A DNA stretch of 32,000 nt, from the NCBI RefSeq assembly GCF_001458695.1, contig NZ_LN885086.1:2490001-2522000 (forward strand), written 5' to 3'. Of the stretch, positions 15,398 to 22,571 are shown piece by piece; the first letter of the stretch is position 1; each line of letters opens with the position of its first letter. The stretch comes from Candidatus Nitrospira inopinata (lineage in GTDB: Bacteria; Nitrospirota; Nitrospiria; Nitrospirales; Nitrospiraceae). The position numbers were made by a program, and so were the translations under genes. The notes beneath the pieces were generated by a model that was given only the letters and a program-made list of their open reading frames with translations, had not been told where the DNA came from and did not search any database.

Positions 15398-16735
15398 ATG
15401 TCCAAGATTTTAGTCGCGGATGACAGCATCGCGGTGCGGAAGGTCGCGGAACGGCTTCTGATAGAGGCCGGGTTTGAGGTGGTGCTTGCGGCGAACGGCG
15501 ACGAAGCCCTGGCCTGTTTGGCGAAAGATGGGGTGGACGTGATCGTGTGCGACGTCATTATGCCGGATAAAAGCGGCTACGAAGTCTGCGCCTTCGTTCG
15601 GAATCACCCGCGGTTGGCGGCGATACCGGTTTTGTTGATATCGGGAATCGTGAACGATGAGGTGACGCAACAGGCGCAGGCCTGTCAGGCCGATGGAGTG
15701 CTGAAGAAGCCGTTTCAAGGCACGTCGTTGAAGGACAAGGTGTCGGAGTTGCTGGCCCGGAAGCATGCCCGCGCCACGGCGCCGTCGAGCGATGCGGGAT
15801 CAGATCCCAATCGGGATGCGGTTTCCCTTGAGCAAGAAGAACTCTTATCCCCTCCTTCTCCTGCTCCAGAGCCTCCCCCGGAGACGGCTGCGGCGCAGGA
15901 AGACCGTCGCGAATCGGTCGGACAAGAGACTCTCGAAAGTAGAGAAGACCTTCGATTGACGGTGAACAGGCTGAGCGAGGTCGAGAGTCTTCTTCACGCG
16001 GAGCGGGATCGGGCGAAAGACCTGGCCGATCGCGTCATCGAGCTTGAGAAGGAAGCCGACAGGGCGAGGGAGATGGAGCGGTTGCTGGAGGAAGAACGAC
16101 GACGGGCGAGCGAATTGGAGTCCAAAGTGGACAGTTTGGAGCAAGAATTGTCCCGCATCCCGCAGCTTGAATCCATGCTACGGGAGGCGCAGGAATCGGT
16201 CGCAACGGCCCGCCGAGAAGCCATGGCTCTGAAGCAGGCTCAGGAAACCATCGCCCAATTGGAGGCGGCGTTACATACTGAACAGGCTTCGGCAGCCCAA
16301 CTGGTTCAGCAAATGACCGAGTTGGAAGAGCAGGCGGCCCGCGGCAAGGACGCGGAATCGGCGCTGGCGCGAGAGCGAGAGCGATGCGCGGAGCTCGAAC
16401 GGAAAGCGAATGAAACGGAAGCCTTGTTGCTGGTCGCGAAGGCGAAGCTGGAGGGAGTGGAGTCCGAGCTGGCGTCGGAACGGCGGACGAGGGAGGAATA
16501 TGAGGGGCGCCTCTCCGAGTCGGAGGCGAGGGCGACCAAGACGCAGGGACTGAAAGTGCTGCTTTCGGCGGAGCGCGAACGCAGCGCGGAGATCGCTCAA
16601 AAGCTTGCCGAGACCGAGTGGGTCGCCATGAACGCTACGAGGCGCTTGGAAGAAATAGGGGCGAAACTTCGTGAGATCGCGAGCGTGGCGTCGGAACTAA
16701 GCAGGGGAATTGGAGAGCGCGAGTCGGCCACGTAA
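15398..16735 (+). CDS. response-regulator receiver domain fused to Pro-rich linker and ~250-aa coiled coil
   Basis: The REC domain has a complete active-site set: D8-D9 (VADDS), D52 (VCDVIMPD), S82 (LLISG) and K103/104 (LKKPF). The linker is SPPSPAPEPPPE. The remainder is heptad-like and rich in E/R/K/A/L/Q. Confidence 0.85.
   Translation: MSKILVADDSIAVRKVAERLLIEAGFEVVLAANGDEALACLAKDGVDVIVCDVIMPDKSGYEVCAFVRNHPRLAAIPVLLISGIVNDEVTQQAQACQADGVLKKPFQGTSLKDKVSELLARKHARATAPSSDAGSDPNRDAVSLEQEELLSPPSPAPEPPPETAAAQEDRRESVGQETLESREDLRLTVNRLSEVESLLHAERDRAKDLADRVIELEKEADRAREMERLLEEERRRASELESKVDSLEQELSRIPQLESMLREAQESVATARREAMALKQAQETIAQLEAALHTEQASAAQLVQQMTELEEQAARGKDAESALARERERCAELERKANETEALLLVAKAKLEGVESELASERRTREEYEGRLSESEARATKTQGLKVLLSAERERSAEIAQKLAETEWVAMNATRRLEEIGAKLREIASVASELSRGIGERESAT
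15998..16597 (+). repeat. in-frame recurring ER-x-R-x-x-(E/D)-(L/I) peptide motif (5 copies) within coiled-coil coding region
   Basis: The copies are AERDRAKDLA (nt 15998), EERRRASELE (16091), RERERCAELE (16370), SERRTREEYE (16475) and AERERSAEIA (16568). They were read from the translation and are degenerate at the DNA level. Confidence 0.5.
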
Positions 16736-16776
16736 TCGAATCGCGCGGGATTTATTTTTCAAAAGGGCGGAGACCG

Positions 16777-17715
16777 ATGTCGATCGAAACGAGGGTCGCG
16801 GTTCAACAAAACCGGCTCGACGAGTTGATTCGGGAGATGCAGGAAGGACTTGAACGGATTCACGTGGATCTGGATGAACTGCAACAAGGTCCCGATCCGG
16901 ACCGGCATCGCGCGCTTGCGCGGGCGATGAAGACGGAAGTCGCCGGCATACGAGGATCGGCGGTCAAGGCCGGCTTTCCGGAGGTGAAAGAAGCCTGTGA
17001 GGATGCCATCCTCCTCATCGAATCGGTTGGAGACCCCGACGCCCGGCGCGGCGTCGGCGACTATCTTGCGCTCTGCAAAGGTCTTGGGCGTATCCGCCAG
17101 TCGCTCACTCGCGCCGCGGCGATGAATCCCCGCGGAACATCCGTGTGTGATTTTGTCAAAGATGCCCCGGCGACGATCACCACGAATGGCCTTTTGGCGG
17201 CGCTGCATCGCTTGCAAGAAAGCCGGAGTGCGTCCGCCACGCGGAACGGGCATCTTCTCCCGGCGGTGATCGAGCGGGTGGAGCAGTTGAAGGAAAAAGG
17301 GGTCGAAGAATGCAACGGAATGTTTCTGAAGGAACTTCTGGATGAATCGTCGAAAAAAGAGGCCGAGTTTGTGGAGATTGCACAGACTCAGATTCCGGCC
17401 ATCATCGAAGTGGTCGGCCCGTTGAAGAGAGGAGAACGGTGGTCCGACCAGCTTGCCGACCGATTCCGGGAAGTGATCGGGCGATTCTCTCGGCTCTTGT
17501 CATCCGCGAAAGAGGCCGACGCGCCCCAGTCCGTTTTTTTTGACGGCTTGATGGGTTTCCTTACGCTGGTCATGCAACAACGAGTTGTCGTGACGGGGCG
17601 GCGGTATGCAGCGGTCGAATCGCGCCTGCAAGAATGTCTCGGGGCTGTTCATGCCTGGGCCGAAGAGAGGCTGGCGGAACGTTCGGCGATCGGCAGTCTG
17701 CTCGACATGAAGTGA
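16777..17715 (+). CDS. hypothetical all-helical protein with N-terminal Hpt-like segment lacking the phospho-His
   Basis: The SD GGGCGGAG is upstream of the ATG, and the gene starts 41 nt after the REC-coiled-coil gene. The segment MKTEVAGIRGSAVKAGF aligns by eye to the Hpt motif H-T-L-K-G-S-A-x-x-x-G-F, with Ala56 at the His position. I recognise no other family. Confidence 0.55.
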   Translation: MSIETRVAVQQNRLDELIREMQEGLERIHVDLDELQQGPDPDRHRALARAMKTEVAGIRGSAVKAGFPEVKEACEDAILLIESVGDPDARRGVGDYLALCKGLGRIRQSLTRAAAMNPRGTSVCDFVKDAPATITTNGLLAALHRLQESRSASATRNGHLLPAVIERVEQLKEKGVEECNGMFLKELLDESSKKEAEFVEIAQTQIPAIIEVVGPLKRGERWSDQLADRFREVIGRFSRLLSSAKEADAPQSVFFDGLMGFLTLVMQQRVVVTGRRYAAVESRLQECLGAVHAWAEERLAERSAIGSLLDMK

Positions 17716-17924
17716 AAAGAGCGTCAAACGGTCGATTGCCGATGAGACGTGCGAATCGACAACCGAACCGTTTCCCACCACCGACAATTTGAGGTCTCTG
17801 CATCGTACGGCGGCTATATCGGCACCATGATCACATGAATCTATGATGCGTCTTGCAGTTTTCCCATCGATCGTGCTAATCCCGTCACGACACAGAATTT
17901 CGGTCGTGTCGGGGAATTCCGTCC

Positions 17925-18452
17925 GTGCCCAAGCTCATTACGGTTCATCATCCTGATCAAGTCGCGCAACAGGCGCGGGACTATGTACAGGCCTACATCC
18001 TGCTCCCTTCGGGCGTCGTGGGCTTATTTTGTCTGGTGGGCGCGATCGGGGGATTGGCCTATCAACTGATCGCCTCCGATACCTATTCCTGGACCACCTT
18101 TTTCTTCAGTACCGGCCTGTTCGTCTTGGGAGTCGCCCTCGGAATGGGACAGACGTCGTACCACCGCTATCTGTTTACCCATTTTCCTGAAACTTTCGCG
18201 GCTCGCATGAGACTGGTGACAAGCCGGCAAAAGAAAAAAGTCAAAAAAGAGACGCCACAGGAGTCAATCGATCATCCTGGACGTAAACTGGCGCCGGTCG
18301 CTTATATCGCCGGTATCGCCCTGCTGGTCGGAAGCAGCGTGGTTTCGATCGTTCACGGTCAGGTGGAAGCGCTCCCCGCTTTTTTGATGCCATGGGCGGG
18401 GTTTTACTGGGTAAAACTGTTTCTCTGGCGACGGATTATTCTCAAGAAGTGA
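17925..18452 (+). CDS. hypothetical integral membrane protein (about 4 TM, basic KKKVKK loop)
   Basis: Hydrophobic segments are VVGLFCLVGAIGGLAY, FFFSTGLFVLGVALGMG, VAYIAGIALLVGSSVVSIV and AFLMPWAGFYWVKLFLW. I recognise no family. The GTG start is uncertain. Confidence 0.5.
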   Translation: MPKLITVHHPDQVAQQARDYVQAYILLPSGVVGLFCLVGAIGGLAYQLIASDTYSWTTFFFSTGLFVLGVALGMGQTSYHRYLFTHFPETFAARMRLVTSRQKKKVKKETPQESIDHPGRKLAPVAYIAGIALLVGSSVVSIVHGQVEALPAFLMPWAGFYWVKLFLWRRIILKK

Positions 18453-19556
18453 TTAACGTGCAGACCGACCGTTCGTGGCCTGCGCCGCACGGCGTTTAGC
18501 CGGTTTTGAGGATTTCTTCGATTCCAAGGCGGCGACCCGTTGTTCCAGGCTGCGCACGAGCTGATGCAGCTCCGGAAGGTGGTGAAAGACCCCTTGCACT
18601 TTCAGCGCCCGTTCTCGCGGCAAAGCCGGTATGCCTCCCACGACCTGATTTGATTCCACGCTTCGATTGACCCCGGCCTTGGCCGCGATCATCACGTAAT
18701 CGCCGATCTGAATGTGGTCCGAGAGACCGGCCTGCCCTCCGATCATCACGTGGTGTCCGATAGTCGTGCTCCCGGCGATTCCCACCTGCGCCACGATGAT
18801 GGAGTGTTCACCCACCGTGACGTTGTGAGCGATTTGAACGAGATTGTCGACCTTGGTGCCTTGCCTGACGCGGGTGACCCCAAGCGTGGCTCGATCGACC
18901 GTTACGTTGGCGCCCAGCTCGACGTCGTCTTCAATGACGACGCCTCCGAGTTGCGGGATCTTGTGATGACGCCCCTGATGCTGCACGTACCCGAATCCGT
19001 CGGCGCCGATGACGGTTCCGCTGTGGATGATCACGCGTGATCCGACGGAGCATCCTTCCCTCACCACGACATTGGGATAGAGGACGGTGTCGTCGCCGAT
19101 CGTCGAGTCCGACCCCACGAACACGCCGGGGTAGAGGGTCACGCGCGCTCCGATGGTGACGCGGTCTCCCAGTGTGACAAACGGCCAGATGGACGTATCA
19201 GGTCCGATGGTCACATCGGTCCCTTGAACAAGATCCTTGGAAATACCGCGGGAAGGAGCGGGGCGAACGAAGAACCGCTGCGCGACCAGACCGAAAGCCA
19301 TCAAGGGGTGAGGAACGACGATTTGAGGAACGGCAAGTTCCGGCAGGTGCCGATGGACGAGCAGTGCCGCCGCGCGAACCGCTGTTGCCGACTTCAAGGC
19401 TTTATCGCCGGCGATAAACGACAACGATTCAGGAGTCGCTTCACCGAGGCTTGCAAGCTCAAAGATCTGTGTCCCCTCGTCGCCGTGAACCGTTCCTCCG
19501 ACGAGCTGGCGGATATCGGCAAGGGAGATGGGCGATGACAGCCGAGGAAGAGCCAT
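18453..19556 (-). CDS. lpxD: UDP-3-O-(3-hydroxyacyl)glucosamine N-acyltransferase
   Basis: The N-terminal domain includes LADIRQLVGGTV. A long left-handed beta-helix hexapeptide region follows (GVVIEDDVELGANVTVDRAT etc.), then a C-terminal helix. An extra basic tail SKKSSKPAKRRAAQATNGRSAR is present. Confidence 0.9.
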   Translation of the reverse strand: MALPRLSSPISLADIRQLVGGTVHGDEGTQIFELASLGEATPESLSFIAGDKALKSATAVRAAALLVHRHLPELAVPQIVVPHPLMAFGLVAQRFFVRPAPSRGISKDLVQGTDVTIGPDTSIWPFVTLGDRVTIGARVTLYPGVFVGSDSTIGDDTVLYPNVVVREGCSVGSRVIIHSGTVIGADGFGYVQHQGRHHKIPQLGGVVIEDDVELGANVTVDRATLGVTRVRQGTKVDNLVQIAHNVTVGEHSIIVAQVGIAGSTTIGHHVMIGGQAGLSDHIQIGDYVMIAAKAGVNRSVESNQVVGGIPALPRERALKVQGVFHHLPELHQLVRSLEQRVAALESKKSSKPAKRRAAQATNGRSAR

Positions 19557-19562
19557 GGGGCG

Positions 19563-19991
19563 TTACCTCTTCTTGGCCTTTGCGACGGTGACTTTCTTGG
19601 GAGCAGCAGCCCGCTTTTTAAGGGCGGTCGGCGGCTTTCGACCGGCGGCCGGTTTCTTGGAAACGGTCGCCGACCGTTTTGCCCCTGTACCGGTCGGTTT
19701 CTTGGGAGCGGCGGCCGGTTTCGTTTCGGCGGAGACCGAAGCTTGGCCGGTCGTAAGCCGTTGATGCACATAGGCGGCGACGGACCCCACGGTGCTCAAG
19801 CCGGGGAGGTCTTGATCGGGAATTTGAATCTTAAATCGATCTTCGATCTCGAAGAGCAGCTCGATGATGGCCACGGAATCGAGCCCGAGATCGTCTCGAA
19901 GATGATGGGATTCGGTAATGGTGGAAGGGTCTCGCTTCAGATAAGTGGCCAGTGCCTGAATGATCTGAGAGGTCACCTCGAGTTCGGTCAT
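19563..19991 (-). CDS. acyl carrier protein with C-terminal Lys/Ala/Pro-rich basic extension
   Basis: The ACP four-helix core has the phosphopantetheine site LGLDSVAIIEL (Ser39, nt 19875-19877). The last 62 aa (nt 19566-19751) contain 14 Lys and 4 Arg against 1 acidic residue. No stop or frameshift separates core and tail in the given sequence. Confidence 0.85.
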   Translation of the reverse strand: MTELEVTSQIIQALATYLKRDPSTITESHHLRDDLGLDSVAIIELLFEIEDRFKIQIPDQDLPGLSTVGSVAAYVHQRLTTGQASVSAETKPAAAPKKPTGTGAKRSATVSKKPAAGRKPPTALKKRAAAPKKVTVAKAKKR

Positions 19992-20143
19992 TATGGATGC
20001 TCCTTCATCATGGAAGTGAAGATCCCGGCGGTCGATTGCGGGATATGTTCATAATCAATAATCGTCAATCCTCGGGTTGTTCGCTCCGGTTGCCACTCCG
20101 GCCGGCCGGCGGAGGTCGGTGTGTGAAAGAGAAGACCCGCCTC

Positions 20144-21406
20144 TCATGCGACGAATTTTTTCAACACGACCGTGGCGTTGTTGCTCCCGAAGCCGAACGA
20201 ATTCACGAGAGCGGCTCTGATTTTTCGTTCTTGCGGTAATCGACTGATACCATCCAGACGGCAGGCCGGATCAGGGTCATCATAATTGGCCGTGGGATGG
20301 ATCTGTCCGGTGTGAATGGCCAGCGCCGAAGCAATGGCGCCGAGCGCGCCGGCGGCTCCAAGGGTATGGCCGATGAGCGACTTCGTGGCGTTGACGGCGA
20401 TCTTATCCGCCCGGTTCTTGAACAGCCGCTTGATGGCTTTCACCTCCACAACGTCGCCGATGGCCGTCGAGGTCGCATGTGCATTGATGTAATCCACCTG
20501 AGTCGGAGTCAGGCCGGCCGAGTCCAAGGCCAGTTTCATGGTGACGGCCACTTCTTCGCCGTCCTCCCGAGGAATGACCATGTGATAGGCCTCGCTGGTG
20601 GCGGCGTATCCGGCAAGCTCGGCGTAAATCCTCGCCTTTCGCTTGCGAGCGTGCGCCAGGGATTCGACGATCAGGGCGCCGGCTCCTTCCCCCATCACGA
20701 ATCCGTCCCGACGTCTGTCGAACGGACGGGAAGCCCGTTCCGGCGTATCGTTGAATTCGCTGGACAAGGCGCGCAGGGAACAAAACCCGGCAAAGACCAG
20801 GGGGGTGATGCTGGCGTCCGCGCCGACGGCGATCACCACGTCGGCCTGGCCGGTTCGAATACATTGGAGCGCCTGTCCCAGCGCATGGGCGCTGGACGAG
20901 CAGGCCGTGGAAATCGTGAGATTCGGCCCCTTCGCTCCGTGAGCCATCGCCACGATGCCCGAGGCGGAATTGAGGGTAATGGTCGGAATGAAGTTCGGAT
21001 GAACGCGATTGGGCTTTTGCGTTTTGAACAATTGGGTGATTTCCCGCTCTCCCATCACCATCCCGCCCATGCCGGCGCCAACGATGACCCCGACGCGGTG
21101 CGGTTGCTCCTTGGCCATGACGAGATGGGCGTCGGCAAGAGCCTCTTTGGCGGCCACGAGGGCGAATTGGGCGTACCGGTCCACGCGATTTGCCTGATTG
21201 GGGGGGAGGTATTGTTCCGGTGAAAAATTTTGAACCTGACCGGCCACTCGCGATCGATATTCGGTGAAGGGAAAAGGGTCGAGCGAGGAAGGAGAAATGG
21301 CCGACACGCCCGAGCGGCCGGTCAAAGCGGTTTTCCAAAATTCGCTGACGCCGATGCCGATGGACGAAACCACCCCCAAGCCCGTAATCACGACACGCGA
21401 CTTCAT
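20144..21406 (-). CDS. fabF: beta-ketoacyl-ACP synthase II-type (KAS I/II family)
   Basis: The active-site Cys context is ISTACSSSAHALG, the His contexts are NAHATSTAIGD and GHTLGAAG, and the C-terminus is NSFGFGSNNATVVLKK. Confidence 0.9.
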   Translation of the reverse strand: MKSRVVITGLGVVSSIGIGVSEFWKTALTGRSGVSAISPSSLDPFPFTEYRSRVAGQVQNFSPEQYLPPNQANRVDRYAQFALVAAKEALADAHLVMAKEQPHRVGVIVGAGMGGMVMGEREITQLFKTQKPNRVHPNFIPTITLNSASGIVAMAHGAKGPNLTISTACSSSAHALGQALQCIRTGQADVVIAVGADASITPLVFAGFCSLRALSSEFNDTPERASRPFDRRRDGFVMGEGAGALIVESLAHARKRKARIYAELAGYAATSEAYHMVIPREDGEEVAVTMKLALDSAGLTPTQVDYINAHATSTAIGDVVEVKAIKRLFKNRADKIAVNATKSLIGHTLGAAGALGAIASALAIHTGQIHPTANYDDPDPACRLDGISRLPQERKIRAALVNSFGFGSNNATVVLKKFVA

Positions 21407-21479
21407 GCGATGTTCTCCTTCATACCGCTCCTTACTTACCGGAAGAACGGAAAGCAGTCAACTAGAGATTGGCGATCGC

Positions 21480-22571
21480 TCAATGACGGACCTTGAGCAA
21501 GAGATACAGTCCGAAGCTGATAAACAGAATGTTCGCCAGCCAACCGGCGAACAGCGGCGTCAGTGCGCCGCCGCGTCCCAGAGCGACGGCGATGGATTGA
21601 GTCGTCCAATAACAGAATCCGACGACGAAGGCTTGGCCGATTCCGGCGGCCATGCTGCCGCCGCGAACGCCGCTTCGCCGCAAACCCAGCGCGATGCCGA
21701 TCAGAACCATAACCACCGTCACTGCGGGGAACGCCAAGCGACTGTAATAATCGGTGAGCAAGCGGGCGACCGAGACGCCTTCCGGCTGAAACCTGGCGAT
21801 ATAGTTGCGGATCTGTTCAAAGGTCATCGACTCGGAGTTGCCCGTCAACGAAGTGGCGAAATCGTCGGGGATAAGAGGAATTTGGGCCGGTTGTTCCGTG
21901 AAGGAAACGAGGTCCACGGCATTGTCCGGTCCGAACCGACGGCGGACTCCGTCGCGCAGAATCCATCCCTCTTCGGTGAACCGGGCCTCGGCTGCTTCGA
22001 TGATCCGGTCGAGATGGAATGTCCGATCAAAATGAAACAGCCGGACTCCTCGAAGGGCGCGCCCTCCGACGTCGACCGTATTGATCGACATCAGCGTGTC
22101 GGATCCGATGCGGACCCAAGGCTGGGTCGCCTGAACCGTCAACGGAGTCGGCCGTTTTTCGATGCGGATCAAACGAATCTCTTCGGCCTTTTCGGATGCG
22201 AGCGGGATGATCGTGGAACTGAACGCCAGCAGGATGAGCGAGAGAAAACCGGCGAACAGGAGAAACGGCGAGGTCATCCAGAGCAGACTGACGCCGCAGC
22301 TCCGGAGCGCGGTGATCTCGTTGCTGCGCGCGAGCAGGCCGATTGTCAGAAGCGTGGCGACCAAGACGGCGAAGGGCGCCACTTGGAACGAAATGGCCGG
22401 GATTTTGAGGGCGAAATACATGAGCAACGGCACGACACCGGAATCGTAACGGAGAAACCGGCGGACTTTTTCAAAAAAGTCGATCACCATGTAGACGGTC
22501 AACAGCCCGGAGAAACACATCAAAAAAATTTTGACGTGCTCCCGCAAAACGTAGCGAAAGAGAATCGTCAT
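21480..22571 (-). CDS. lptG: LPS export ABC permease LptG (YjgP/YjgQ family)
   Basis: The N-terminus is MTILFRYVLREHVKIFL. It has the six-TM YjgP/YjgQ layout with a central periplasmic domain. It is the second gene of the pair, and its start shares 1 nt with the lptF stop (TGATG at 22569-22573). Confidence 0.85.
   Translation of the reverse strand: MTILFRYVLREHVKIFLMCFSGLLTVYMVIDFFEKVRRFLRYDSGVVPLLMYFALKIPAISFQVAPFAVLVATLLTIGLLARSNEITALRSCGVSLLWMTSPFLLFAGFLSLILLAFSSTIIPLASEKAEEIRLIRIEKRPTPLTVQATQPWVRIGSDTLMSINTVDVGGRALRGVRLFHFDRTFHLDRIIEAAEARFTEEGWILRDGVRRRFGPDNAVDLVSFTEQPAQIPLIPDDFATSLTGNSESMTFEQIRNYIARFQPEGVSVARLLTDYYSRLAFPAVTVVMVLIGIALGLRRSGVRGGSMAAGIGQAFVVGFCYWTTQSIAVALGRGGALTPLFAGWLANILFISFGLYLLLKVRH

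Noticed and set aside
16736-16776. A T-rich stretch (gggatttatttttc) after the REC-coiled-coil gene as a possible intrinsic terminator
   Set aside because: Only a 4-bp stem (aatc/gatt) precedes the T-run, and the next gene's SD and ATG follow within 41 nt. This looks more like an operon-internal spacer.
19566-19751. Whether the basic-tail coding tract of the ACP is a separate gene, a DNA-level tandem repeat or a fusion artefact
   Set aside because: The frame is continuous with the ACP core, with no internal start or SD. DNA-level repeats are short (e.g. tttcttgggagc x2) and reflect the AKP codon bias; they are not a clean tandem array. The tract is kept as part of the ACP CDS, although a sequencing frameshift cannot be excluded without reads.
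20297-21338. ORFs of 308 aa (plus strand) and 311 aa (minus strand, alternative frame) inside fabF
   Set aside because: Both overlap a KAS II gene with intact active-site motifs. Their products are Arg/Gly/Pro-rich and motif-less, so they are frame shadows.
21407-21479. A possible sigma-70 promoter (TTGACT ... TAAGTA on the minus strand) between lptG and fabF
   Set aside because: The -10 candidate matches the consensus at only two or three positions. This is not enough to call an internal promoter.
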